In this document: in pieces, positions 1-11,486 of the stretch
Layout of the letters: every line of letters starts with the position of its first letter
Numbering within the stretch: the first letter of the stretch is position 1
Assembly (NCBI RefSeq): GCF_030028105.1
Contig: NC_092382.1
Location: forward strand, 100,146,699 to 100,210,698
Source of the DNA: Mobula birostris
Taxonomy: Eukaryota
Direction: 5' to 3'
Length of the DNA stretch: 64,000 nucleotides
Program-made: the position numbers and the translations under genes
The notes under the pieces: generated by a model
Database searches by the model: none
The model's input: only the letters and a program-made list of their open reading frames with translations
What the model was told of the DNA's origin: nothing

Positions 1-115
1 CATTGCATTGATACGTCCTCTCCTCTGCAGTAAAATTCGAAGGTGAATTTTCTCTTCGGCTGCGATGCAACATTTAGCTTGATCGGAGGGCGACAAGTGG
101 ACACACAGGCCGCGA

Positions 116-129
116 CCACTAGGGGGCGG
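116..129 (+). promoter_or_regulatory. CTCF motif upstream of V1
   Basis: CCACTAGGGGGCGG matches core CCASYAGRKGGCRS. Confidence 0.75.
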
Positions 130-647
130 AAATGCACTGAAGTAAAATTTATGTTAGATTTTTCGAAGGGAGTGAAAGGCAGCATAACCTTTATAAAGAT
201 GATTTCTTTTCTTCGGCTGCGATGGAACAAGGGCTAGGAGACAGAGATAGAGGCTCAGGCAGAGAGAGAAAGTGAGATACCGAATATGGAAGGCTACTCC
301 ATGCAGAACACAATGCCTTTCATCGGGCGTGTGGCTCTCTTTACGCGAGTCCCTTGATTTCAACGAAAGGGAGGTGAATTGTGGCCCGTCTCCTTATACC
401 GGCTGTGTAGTTTTCCTCAAATTCAAAGACTTGGTGGCAATAAAATCATCACACCTAGTGAGCTCCGGGGGTGAGGGTGATGGAGGGGCGAAAGAGAGGG
501 ACAGAGGAAGTCAGAGGTTTGTACTGATAATGAGATCGACACCGGAGGAGGGAAACAAACTATTTCAGCTTATCGGTGACCGAGTGGAGAGGGCCGTACC
601 CAGAGAAAGGTAATAATCTTCAGACAGAGAAAGAGTGAAAGAGTGAA

Positions 648-663
648 AGAGAGAGATAGAGAT

Positions 664-696
<33 letters not shown>
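648..696. repeat. (GA)n/(GAGATA)n microsatellite
   Basis: direct reading. Confidence 0.95.
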
Positions 697-706
<10 letters not shown>

Positions 707-1035
707 CGAGAGTGTCACGGGGGTGGGAGATGAAGAAAGCGATAAGGTGGGACGGCGAGAGGGAGAGTGTTGTCTGGTCAATTGTTAGAGCAGAAGCAGC
801 ACAACTCCCGAATTGTGTTGGAGCATTGATGCTATTCGCTTTGAATCCTCCTTCTTTCACAGTTTGATGTAGACTTCCGAAATTACAAAGTATACGGAGC
901 ATTAAAAAATCACTCATGATGAGCTGAAGAGGTGAGCACAACAGGGAGAGGGAGGGACGGGGACAGTGACAGAGAGTGCACTGTGTGGCCATACTGGTAG
1001 ACCGGACGCAACAGCCTGGAATCGGGTTGGAGTAT

Positions 1036-1115
1036 GGAAGGGCCGTGGCCAACGGCTACGTCCTCAAATCCTCCTACGTCACTGGGTTACGTAACAAACC
1101 GGATGGAAGTGAACG
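1036..1115 (+). promoter_or_regulatory. Family A V promoter (GC box, CRE-like decamer, Ets-like site); repeated before V2, V13, V15, V20, V27, V30
   Basis: ggaaggg(g/c)cgtg, ACGTCACT/GCGTCACT 81-92 nt upstream of each ATG, ggatggaagtgaa. Confidence 0.65.
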
Positions 1116-1174
1116 AATTCGTCTCCGCCGCCCGGACCACTTTCATCACTGAGAGAGTAAACCCTCCAAGGAAG

Positions 1175-1811
1175 ATGTTTCTGTTTCTGCAATTCATCCT
1201 CGCCTTCCGCTGTGAGTCAAAACTCCCAGATATTTTTTTTTCATTCTCTGCTTCTGTCTACCTTTCACGTTCCTTCCACTTGCTTTCCCCTCCCATCGTG
1301 TCGGACCAATTCCTTCTTAATTTACTGGCCATCGCGTCCGCAGACTATCTGCCCTCTGCCGTCGCCATTAAATTCCGATCTCCTCTCGAAGTGTCCGCTT
1401 CTTCAGTCATCGTTTTCGCTTCCTTCAGTGCATCCTGTTTATCCCCATCCCCATTGATCCGCGTCTCCGATTCCCTTTTCCCCGTTCAGCCAAGCTGGTC
1501 TCTTTTTTCCAGACGCGGCCTCGGTGACGATCCACCAGACACCGGCTTTCTCCGGAACTGCCGGCCAGAAGGTGACCCTGAATTGTACAGTAGACGGTAG
1601 TACCAGTGCTACTAACTACTTGTACTGGTACCGACAATATGCGAGAAAGAGTCCGGAGTACATGTTTCGCTCGATAGCAGTTAATTCCGTCGAACCGGAG
1701 GGATTGGTCGACGGTTTTACGGCGGACAGATCGCAGAGCAACGAGTTCTTCCTGACGTCCGACAAACTGGAGGGGATTTCGTCGGCTGTGTATTTCTGCG
1801 CTTGGAGTTAT
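1175..1811 (+). CDS. TRBV: TRBV30-like V segment, family A, apparently intact (V1)
   Basis: Leader 1175-1211 MFLFLQFILAFR + GTGAGT; acceptor ccag 1512; V exon 1513-1811 SVTIHQTP..NCTVDGSTSATNYLYWYRQ..YFCAWSY with Cys23, Trp41, Cys104; RSS 1812-1850. Confidence 0.95.
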
Positions 1812-1850
1812 CACGGCGGCTCAGACTGACGGGGCAGCCGAACAAAAACC
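1812..1850 (+). other. 23-RSS of V1
   Basis: CACGGCG / 23 nt / ACAAAAACC. Confidence 0.95.
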
Positions 1851-1880
1851 TCGCCGTCAGGAGGGTCTCTGCTTTCATCA

Positions 1881-1958
1881 AAACAGGAAATACGACTCCT
1901 GTCAATCATCGGGTGGGAGGAGGGTCTATCTGTCAGGCGCTGCGCCGTTGCGGCCAAT
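1881..1958 (+). promoter_or_regulatory. RSS-downstream module: Ets-like, CTGTCAATCA (PBX/PREP-type), GC box, CCAAT; present behind 9 V segments
   Basis: Fixed 48-50 nt gap after the nonamer; see findings. Confidence 0.55.
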
Positions 1959-2825
1959 CAGTGTGAATAAGGGGCGGAGCTATTATGCCGTGACATCTAA
2001 TTTCCTTCCCTTCTCTAACATTCAGATGGGTGAATATGATCGTCACTGCTCTCCCCCACTCCATCTTTCCTTTATTCTACAGCCTAGGGTAGGGGACAGC
2101 CGGATAGTTAGGAAACAGGGAGAGACTGGAGAACAGCTGTAGGACACATACCGCAAACGTCAGAAAACGGCGTCCTTGGAGGGAACAGAGAGATATTGAT
2201 GTTCACCAATCACTGAAGATGACAGAATATGAGGGTGTTGGCGGATCTGGGGGTAGGAACAGAAATAGTTTTGTCAGGCCGATTTTCGGGTGCGCACGGA
2301 TTTCGGGTTGTCGGCGTATACGGGGTGTTAGCCGATTTGCTGGCGCGTACAGATTCGGAAAATTTGGCGTATGTGAGCGTGCCAGCCGATATATAGGGAC
2401 CTGCTCCATGTAGAACCCGGGTTATTAAACGTGGTTTAGCTGCGATCTGGGAGGGTTTAGCATACTGATTCCAAATCTTTAGCTTGGAGAGTGAATATGT
2501 TCCCGGTGTGCTCCGTATGTCTCCTGCTTTCTGAGAGAGGAGGTCTGCGACATAGAACAGACTAACAACGGGAGTTGCAAATGGACAAAAAATTAACATG
2601 TGGTTTAGAGTACGGTCATTATTCAGAGAGATCCGTGTTTTCAATAAAGAATTGCTGTGTTGTGGCCCCTCTTCTCACAGCGGATCTCCAGTATTCCGAA
2701 AATCCGAAGACGAAGAAGCATTAAAAGTCAGCAAGGAAGAGATATAGGGCGTGCAGAGGGCGACGAAGTTGAGCAGAGAGATAGATCGATTCAGAACGTG
2801 TGTGTCTGTGTGTGTGAGAGAGAGC

Positions 2826-2857
<32 letters not shown>

Positions 2858-3043
2858 ATTGGCTGCTTTAATTAGTGGAGCATAACAACACATCCCTGAG
2901 ATCGGATAGGTTCATGGAAGGGGCGTGACTGATCACTACTACCGCAAATCCCCCGACGTCACTGATATAAGTAACAAGTGAATGGACTCGTCTCTGCCGC
3001 ACACAACACTTTCATCACTCAGAGAATAAACCCTCCAAGGAAG

Positions 3044-3677
3044 ATGCTTTTATTTCTGCGGTTTCTCCTCGCCTTCCACTGTGAGTGATGTTGACAAACA
3101 ATATTAATTTTTATTTCTTTCCTCCTCTCTTCCTTTCAGATTCCTTTCACGTGCTTTACCTTCCAGTAGTCTCGGAATATTTCAAAATTTATTTACGGGA
3201 CCTCGCGTCCGCACACTATCTTCCTTCTGCTGCCGCCTCTAATTCCGTCCTCCTCTCCATCTTTCCCAACCCCAGATCTCCTCCTTCCTTCCCTCAATGC
3301 ACCATCTTTCTGCCCTTCCCTATTGACACGGGTCTCCCTGATCAATCACTGCATTTTTCACCCCCATCTCTTTTTCCAGACGCGACCTCGGTGACGATCC
3401 ACCAGTTCCGGGTTTCTCCGGAACTCCCGGCCGGAAGGTGACCCTGAATTGCACAGTAGAGGGTAGTATCAGTGCTAGCGACTGGTTGTACTGGTACCGA
3501 CAATTCCCGGGAACCAGTCCGGAATACCTGTTTCACTCGACCGTAGCTAAATACGTGCAGCCGGAGAAATTGGTCGGCGGTTTTACGGCGGAGAGACCTA
3601 AGAACAACGAATTCCTCCTGAAGTCCGACAAACTGGAGGCTAAATCGTCGGCCGCGTATCTCTGTGCCTGGAGTATT
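3044..3677 (+). pseudogene. TRBV: Family A V segment with 1-nt deletion near 3406 (V2)
   Basis: Leader 3044-3080 MLLFLRFLLAFH; exon from 3380 reads TIHQFRVSPELPAGR-stop; rest of V open in another frame (ORF 3438-3695); RSS 3678-3716 intact. Could be an assembly error. Confidence 0.85.
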
Positions 3678-3716
3678 CACGGCGGAACAGAGTGACGGGG
3701 TAGCTGTACAAAAACT
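3678..3716 (+). other. 23-RSS of V2
   Basis: CACGGCG / 23 / ACAAAAACT. Confidence 0.93.
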
Positions 3717-4245
3717 CTCACTATCAGAAGTGTCGTTGCTGTCAGCAAAACAGGAAACACGACTCCTGTCAATCATATGGTGGGAGGTGGGCCTATCATT
3801 CAGTTGTGAGCGGCGCAGCGTCCAATCAGTGAAATACGAGGCGATGTTATTGTTCTGCAGCTTTTTATTTCCCTTCTTTCCTGAAGCATCCAGTTGGGTG
3901 AATACAATTCGCACACCCGCCTTTCCAGCCTATTCTTCTTTGTCATTTCCTGCCTTCCTACACGTCATCGGTCCGGGAGAACCAGAACCACTGAGTGCGC
4001 CAATAATGTTCACTCGCCAAGATAAGTTTCCCGCTCGTGTCTTTTTTGTCTGTTGTTGGAAACACAGAGTACGAAGAATACCGTACGGATCCGGAACAGA
4101 GGAAACACGGGACATAAGTGTTCGACAAACATACTGTACATGGTGGGGAATGTTGAGGAACAGAGGGGCCGCAGTGTACGTGGTACTAAAAAGACTGTGA
4201 ATGGTTAAGCGTGTCAGGGGACAGAGGAACTTCGGTGTACACGCA

Positions 4246-4453
4246 ACACACAGCAAAGTTGCTGGTGAACGCAGCAGGCCAGGCAGCATCTCTAGGAAGA
4301 GGCACAGTCGACGTTTCAGGCCGAGACACTTCGTCAGGACTAACTGAAGGAAGAGTTAGTAAGAGATTTGATAGCGGGAGAGGGAAGGGGAGGTCCAGAA
4401 TGATAGGAGAAGACAGTAGGGGGAGGGATGGAGCCAAGAGCTGGACAGGTTGC
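4246..4453 (-). mobile_element. Penelope-like element terminal fragment
   Basis: Reverse complement of the terminus seen at 5230-5290, 22900 and 29760; another copy at 31440-31550. Confidence 0.55.
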
Positions 4454-4827
4454 CAATGAGAGACTCAGGCAGAGAGAGAAAGGGAGAGACTGAATGCGGA
4501 AGACAGCTCGATACGGAACCCATGATGTTTCATGAGGTAAAACATGTGGCTCTCATTACTGGAGAATATTAGGTTCAGCAGAAGGGAGGTGAAGTAAGCA
4601 GGTCTTCTTACACCTGTTGGTAGATATCCGAAATTACAAAGACTTGGGAGCTTAAATAAATCGAGGGGAAATGATCCTTTACCTGGAGTTTGGCAGCTTT
4701 GCCCAGAACTCGATAGATGTGGCAATTATAAGAGAATTTATCAACTTACATTTCTCTATCGCAATGCACCGTACAATGAATTGATCTCTGCGAACAAGCT
4801 TTTCACCGCATAACTGCATAGGGAATT

Positions 4828-5290
4828 TACTGTGGCCAAACTTTTAATTCCGATTCCCATTCTGCTTCCGACGTGTCGGTCCACGGCCTCTTCCCCTGTC
4901 AGGTGGAGGCCACCCTCAAGGTGCAGGAGCAACGTCTTATATTCCATCTTTCTACCCTCCAACCTGATCGTGTGTACATCGATTCCCCCTCGCCTCTTTT
5001 CCGCATTCAGACATTTTACTTCTTCGCCCCTATCCATCATTACCCCCTCATCCATCCCCTGCTTCCCTTTCGCCTGTTATCCACGCACCTCTCCTATGAT
5101 ATTCTTTCTTCTCCAGTCCATGACCCTTCCCACCCATCTGTCCTCAAATATCACCTTCCAGCTGGTCTTTTTCCCGTCCCACAACTTTTATTTCTGTCAT
5201 CTACCCATCTACCGCCCCCCCCCCAACTTTCCTCTCAACTCTGATGAATGGTCTCGGCCTGAAAAGTCCAATGCTTGTACTTTTCCATAC
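4828..5290 (+). mobile_element. Penelope-like element 3' fragment (GIY-YIG C-terminus)
   Basis: ORF 4873.. SVHGLFPCQVEATLKVQEQRLIFHLSTLQPD resembles the C-terminal endonuclease segment of chondrichthyan Penelope-like elements. Confidence 0.65.
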
Positions 5291-5805
5291 AGACCGCGAC
5301 AACAGAAATCTCTTCAACCTATTCATGAGGGCTGCAGAACGGGCTTTTCGCCGCGTGGGGGCAGCAACAGACTGTGTACCGTTGCTCATTGTCCCAGGCG
5401 AACGGCACACAGCACTGCTCAGGTGCCAAACATCCAGCACATGCATCACTGTACGTAATAAGGAGGCCACTCAGTGTTCGTGATCCTCTGCTTTTGTAGC
5501 CCATCCGCTTCAAGGTTCAATATATTGTGCATTAAGAGATGCTCTTCTGCACACCACTGTTGTAACACTCGGTCATTTGAATTGCTGTCGCCTTCCTGTC
5601 AGCTTAATAGGGTCTGGCAGTTCTCTGGCCCAAACAGGGCGTTTTCACCCACATAATTTCCCACAATATTTTTTTTTTTTGTTCTCACCAGTCTCTGTAA
5701 ACACTGGAGAATTTTGTGAAGGAGGTTCCCAGGATTTCAGTTGTTTCTGAGATAGGCAAATTCTCCGGACTGGCACCAATAATCATTCTACGGTCAAACT
5801 ATCTT

Positions 5806-6020
5806 AGTAACATAGAAAGATAGAAAACCTGGAGCATAATACAGGCTCTTCGGCCCACATAGTTGTGCCGAACAATTCCCTACCTTAGAAATTACTAGGC
5901 TTACCCATGGCCCTATATTTTTCCAAGCTGCATGTCCCTTTCCAAAAGTCTCTAAATAGACCCAATCGTATCCGCCTCCACCGCGGCTGCCGGAAGCCCA
6001 TTTCTTGCCCATTCTGAGGA
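5806..6020 (-). mobile_element. CR1 LINE 3' tail
   Basis: aacatagaa tail followed by CR1 3' UTR similar to 8362-8560. Confidence 0.65.
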
Positions 6021-6265
6021 CTTGGACACGAGCGCTGTTCATTGTCAGCCGGAGAGCGGCTGTGAAACCACAAATTCTGCATCAACACGCCACGAAATTC
6101 CCTGTAACTTTCACGCTGTCAGCATGTGAGTCCGAGATCAGTCGACGCACACAAATGCTTTACGAATAATTCAGGAAGATTGATAGATAAAGATTCAGAT
6201 CGAGAAAGATAGATAAATAAATAGATAGACAGACAAATAGATAATAGACAGATAGATAGGTAGGG

Positions 6266-6267
6266 GT

Positions 6268-6326
<59 letters not shown>
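6266..6326. repeat. (TG)n microsatellite; second array 6705-6778
   Basis: direct reading. Confidence 0.95.
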
Positions 6327-6331
<5 letters not shown>

Positions 6332-6713
6332 CCTATTGTCGCCCCTGCATACATTCGCTGCTTCTTCTAATCTTTCGTTATATCCCAGCCAGAAGTTGCC
6401 CAACCGGGTCTACAATCGTATTTACATTATTGATCGCTTCTCCTCGTACAAGGCGACAAATGATATTCGTCCCCCCCCCCCACCCCACAACCCCCACCTC
6501 TCTACTTCCCAGCACAGCTGCAGTAAAACCGCATCTTCTGCATCAACCCACCTGGAAATTCCCTGTGACTTTGACGCGCTTTCAGCCAGAGAGTCCAGTA
6601 TCAGCAGACACACACACACGAATGCATTACTAATAACTCAGGAAGATAGGCATAGATAGATAGATCTCTGTGTATGTACGGGAGTGTTTGCGTCTGAGCG
6701 TGTCTGTGTGTGT

Positions 6714-6778
<65 letters not shown>

Positions 6779-7141
6779 TGCAGTCCTGTAGTTACATTCC
6801 CTCACTAACGCGAAGGCCACTCTCTTTTGGCTTTCCAATGACGACAGAAGAAATTACCCAGGAAGTGTCAGACGTCACAGGGCCAATCGACATGTGCAAT
6901 TATATCGGGCAGCGCAGAATACTTCTTTTGAAAGCTGGACTTGAACGGTTCTCCATCCCAAAGCCCGCTCGTATCTATCCTGTGAATGATGATGCGTGAA
7001 ACATATTGTCTTCCGCTGATGGTGCCATTGATCCCGCGTAAGTCAGGATAACAATTGTTCTGGGGAAGGTAACTCAGGTTCAGAGAACGGGCAAACATTT
7101 GTTGAGATAAATGAGGCTGTAATGGAATTTCTCCCTTGCAG

Positions 7142-7435
7142 GGATTCTGGCCGTTGACGTGGAGCAGTCGCCCCCTTCCCTGTCAGTTGGATTTGGAGAG
7201 TCAAGTACCGTCCAATGTACGCTGCTGAATTCGGACTATGATCATATGTATTAGTACGGACAGCGACAGGTCGGAGCAATAGAAGCTCTTTTCTATTCTG
7301 TTGGGAAAGATATAGTCAACAGTTACACGTCGGAATCCTACGCGGCAACAAGATCCAACAGTACTTTCTTTCAACTGGAACTAAAGAACGCCTCGCATTC
7401 TCACTGGGCCGTCTATTTCTGCGCCTGCAGTAGCG
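7142..7435 (+). pseudogene. TRBV: Family B V segment, Trp41 codon mutated to TAG (VB1)
   Basis: After ttgcag: ILAVDVEQSPPSLSVGFGESSTVQCTLLNSDYDHMY*YGQRQ..AVYFCACSS; TAG 7252-7254; RSS 7436-7474. Not in ORF track; translated by hand. Leader not securely found. Confidence 0.88.
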
Positions 7436-7474
7436 CACAGGGGTTGAGAAGTCGAGCCGTCTCTGGCAAAAACT
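7436..7474 (+). other. 23-RSS of VB1
   Basis: CACAGGG / 23 / GCAAAAACT. Confidence 0.9.
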
Positions 7475-7516
7475 GTTCTGCACAATTGCTGAAGGCTCAG
7501 AACCCGCTATTTCCCA

Positions 7517-7530
7517 CCAGTAGGGGTCGC
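7517..7530 (+). promoter_or_regulatory. CTCF-like motif 3' of VB1 RSS
   Basis: CCAGTAGGGGTCGC, one core mismatch. Confidence 0.55.
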
Positions 7531-8361
7531 TGCGCATTGAGCTTCACTGACCGGGTCGCGGCCGCATAACACTGCAATTGCATTTTGATTCTTCCCATTC
7601 GCACAACCCAGTACGTAATGTCTAGAAATCAGATTAGTGAAAAAGGCAAGGATCCCTGAAGTAATTCAGAAACGCTTCCCAGAAAAACTCATAATTATAC
7701 TTTTACTGGCAGTAGTTCCTGAACCTCTGATTAATTACCCAATCGAAACAAGTGTCTTTCCTACGTCTGTTTGCTCAACAATTAATGAAACTCTCGTTCA
7801 ACACCAACTGCACTTCCAAATTCGCTCTTCTTCCGTATGTGATCTGAAGTGATGATCGGGTATGACGCGCAGGAAGTGACGCAGCCGTCAACCGGACAGT
7901 AGCATAGTCGTAGTCCAAACAGACAAGGCAAAGTGCTTCTCCTCAATGCTGGCATTCTGCTACACTTGATAGCAAAGCGGCTGGTGTCTGCCTGGGGCTG
8001 ATGTTGGCATGTTGGACACATTGAATGCTATTGATCCCAAGTCAGTCAAAACATCATAGAATCATGGAGAGGGCTGGTGTTCGGCGGAGTTACGTATCGC
8101 GACATTTGCCGAGGTTTAGCTTGATAAAGGTTCCGAAATTCGGATCCTCCTTTACTACTCATGTCTCTCAACTGCAAGATCAGACCATCAATGTGGACGG
8201 CCGTCCCAGGCCCCTCTGTGTTTTGTCATTGAAATGATACATCCTCTCCGGCGGGCGGGATTAAACTTGGAAGTGTCTATTTGTATGTTTATCGGAGATA
8301 CCGCAAAGGGGGTTCACTTCCGGGTTCTAAACGCTGATCAAATTCGGGTAAGTTGTCAGAT

Positions 8362-8948
8362 ATAGAACATAGAACATAGAATAGTACAGCACAGAACAGG
8401 CCCTTCAGCCCACAATATTGTGCCGACCCTCAAACCCTGCCTCCCATATAAGCCCCCACTTCAAATTCCTCCATATACCTGTCCAGTAGTCTCTTAAACT
8501 TCCCTAGTGTATCTGCCTCCACCACTGACTCAGGCAGCGCATTCCACGCACCAACCACTCTCTGAGTAAAAAACCTTCCTCTAATATCCCCCTTGAACTT
8601 CCCACCCCTTACCTTAGAGCCATGTCCACTTGTATTGAGCAGTGGTGCCCCAGAGAAGAGGCGCTGTCTATCCACTCTATCTATTCCTCTTATTACCTTG
8701 TACACCTCTATCATGTCTCCTCTCATCCTCCTTCTCTCCAAAGAGTAAAGCCCTAGCTCCCTTAATCTCTGATCATAATGCATACTTTCTAAACCAGGCA
8801 GCATCCTGGTAAATCTCCTCTGTACCCTTTCCAATGCTTCCACATCCTTCCTATAGTGAGGTGACCAGAACTGGACACAGTACTCCAAGTGTGGCCTAAC
8901 CAGAGTTTTATAGAGCTGCATCATTACATCGCGACTCTTAAACTCTAT
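8362..8948 (-). mobile_element. CR1 LINE 3' fragment
   Basis: ORF 8430-8924(-) LYKTLVRPHLEYCVQFWSPHYRKDVEALERVQRRFTRM; (ATAGAAC)n tail. Confidence 0.95.
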
Positions 8949-9202
8949 CGCAATATAAAGATAAAGATATCCCGGTGTAATTTTTCATTCTGCTCTAAGT
9001 TTGTCTAATTGGCGCACGGCGCGTTTCTTTGCTATGGTACTTTTCACGTGCTGTTCATTAGTCCAATGGATGATATCTCGTTGGGACTTAGTAAGGATGG
9101 CCAGTAATTTTTAAGGGCACGTGTTCCTTCTCTCTGACTTTGCAGAATACCTGGTCGATTACTGAGAGAAAGTAATAGTCTAATAGATTTTCCACCTTGC
9201 AG

Positions 9203-9494
9203 GCGTTCTGGCCGTGTAGGTGGAACAGGTGCCTCCCTCCTTGTCAACTGGAGTTGGCGAGTCAGTCAACGTCACATCACGCTGCTCAATACTGACGGTA
9301 GCAATATGTTTTGTACAGTCAGAGACACGGCCGGGCAACAGAAGCTCTTATCTTCTCCACTGGGCAAGGCATCGTCACGAAGTACACAACCGAGTCCGAC
9401 GCGGCCACGAGAACGAGCAGCACACTGTTCAAACTGGAAGTGAAAGGCGCCTCGCCCTCCGACTTCGATTTCTTCTTCTGCATTGGTATCAGCT
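9203..9494 (+). pseudogene. TRBV: Family B V segment, early stop plus frameshift (VB2)
   Basis: Acceptor 9202; TAG 9217-9219; V split over ORFs 9220.. (EQVPPSLSTGVGESV) and 9311.. (ATRTSSTLFKLEVKG..FFFCIGISS); RSS 9495-9533. Confidence 0.85.
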
Positions 9495-9533
9495 CACAGA
9501 GCTAGACAAGCCGAATCTGGTTTGACATAAACC
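9495..9533 (+). other. 23-RSS of VB2
   Basis: CACAGAG / 23 / ACATAAACC. Confidence 0.9.
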
Positions 9534-10229
9534 TTCTGCCTTATCGCTGGGAGCTTCATAAGCTGATTCACACCACTAGGGCGGCAGTAGCAGATTGCGT
9601 TTCACAACTCATTTTGTATCTGGCATAGAATCCATTTTACTCTGGTCCGGTATTGCTCAGCTCCGAGGCACAGGACCGTGCCTTTTATACACCTTTCCTT
9701 GCACTACACGCCTTCGCGTGTTTCAGCCTTCTTTAATTATCTCTGATCCATTGATAATCACATAGGACCAAAGTGAAGGTTGAGTCACAGGTGGACTGTC
9801 CGACGTGGGAAACATTTGACAACCACGACTTCATCTGTCAGAGCTTTTATAGAGCTGGGATGTGTCACGGGCGAACAGAACAAGAACGAGAATGGAGTTC
9901 TATGATTAAACGTTTATATTCAGTCATTTTGGATTATTTATCTATCTATGTACCTGTACATCTATCTATCTAACTGCCAATCTGTCTATCAATCTATCTA
10001 TCTATCTATCTATCTATCTCACTGTCTATTGATCTATCTGTACAGACAGAATCGTGATGGTCGTTGACGTTCCATGTAGATGGGACAAATAAAGAAATCA
10101 TCGATCATAATTTGCGAATTGAGATCTGTTAATTCAGACATAAATACTCAGATACATAAAGATACATATCAAGATAAATAAATAAAGTGATACACCGATA
10201 AGGAAGTTATGAGAGGTGTGAGCATTAGT

Positions 10230-10375
10230 NNNNNNNNNNNNNNNNNNNNNNNNNNNNNNNNNNNNNNNNNNNNNNNNNNNNNNNNNNNNNNNNNNNNNNN
10301 NNNNNNNNNNNNNNNNNNNNNNNNNNNNNNNNNNNNNNNNNNNNNNNNNNNNNNNNNNNNNNNNNNNNNNNNNNN
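10230..10375. other. Assembly gap (N run)
   Basis: N bases. Confidence 1.
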
Positions 10376-10930
10376 CCCCGGGCCAACAGCTTCGAGCCTG
10401 CACTCTGCTCTCTCTGTACTAATCATCACTCAGAGCACTTTTCCAATTGATAACACCGGAATAGGGGATCTCCGTTGGCCAGTTCATCGATTCCTTCTTA
10501 GCCCAATGCCAGGCACCTGACAGGAACAATAACCTGTCTACTTCTGCTGTCCGTGTTCAGTTCGATTTCAACGTTTCATTCCATATTGAAATCCACCATG
10601 GCCGGCATAGGAAGGGAGAGAGAAAGAGAGAGAGAGAGAGAGAGCGCAAGAAAGAGAGATAAGGAAGAAGAGAATGCGACGAGTCAATCAACACTTGTCT
10701 ATCGATGGGAGACGGATTTGGTAAGTCAAGAAAGTGCAATGATAACATGGCAAATTATAACTCCACATGCCTCGATTGTGATTGGCCAAAAGAAGCAGAG
10801 GGCGTGGCCATCCGTATCACCAATGACCATTTAGGTTACTGAGTTACATGACAAGCTGGACTGAAGTGAGTGGATTCATTGCTCCTGGACACAACACTTT
10901 CACTTGGGACGGAATAAACCTCCAGGGAAG

Positions 10931-11392
10931 ATGTTCCTGTTTCTGCAACTGATCTTCGCCTTCCACTGTGAGGGATATTTGCTAATACACTTTTTCCTAT
11001 CTTTTACTAGGATAATCATCGCTTCCTCTCGTCCTGTGCCTTTTCTGTCTCATTCTGCGCTTTTCTCCGTCCATTTCCATTCTCACTCTGATCTTTCTTC
11101 CTCGGAACCTCTCCATACCGACGGCTGCCCGAAAATACCCCAACTTCAGTCCTCCCCCTTCTATACTGTACTGTCGAGAGGAGCAGCAAAGCGGCTGATA
11201 GAATGTTCTAGTACAGACAGTACCCGGGACAGGGGCTGGATATTGTTCTACTCTATGGTTGCCGGCAACGTACAACCAAAGGGGCCGCTGTCCGGCTTTA
11301 CCGCAGAGAGACCGAGCACCTACATCTTCAGGCTGAGATCCGTCGCATTGGACGCGAATTCGTCAGCCGTGTACTTCTATGCCTGGAGTGAT
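10931..11392 (+). pseudogene. TRBV: Degenerate family A V segment (V11)
   Basis: Leader 10931-10967 MFLFLQLIFAFH, donor GTGAGG; 5' V eroded, Trp41 read as TAG, Cys104->Tyr (YFYAWSD); GFTAERP retained; RSS 11393-11431. Confidence 0.85.
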
Positions 11393-11431
11393 CACATTGA
11401 CTGGGTCAGACGGAGGAGCTGAACAAAAATC
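11393..11431 (+). other. 23-RSS of V11
   Basis: CACATTG / 23 / ACAAAAATC. Confidence 0.88.
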
Positions 11432-11472
11432 TCACCGACCTGATGTCATTCGAAGCGCGGGTGTGATCCTGT

Positions 11473-11486
11473 CCGACAGATGGCGC
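11473..11486 (+). promoter_or_regulatory. CTCF-like motif 3' of V11 RSS
   Basis: CCGACAGATGGCGC, two core mismatches. Confidence 0.45.

Noticed and set aside
6266-6778. (TG)n arrays before VB1 as Z-DNA or cryptic RSS elements
   Set aside because: Microsatellites are abundant throughout; no positional consistency across V genes.
10904-11422. 172-aa ORF reading through leader, intron and V11 remnant
   Set aside because: Pyrimidine-rich introns lack stops by composition; Cys104 and the 5' V are lost; no sign of a real unspliced product. Same for ORFs 1034-1600, 27159-27707 and 57709-58341.
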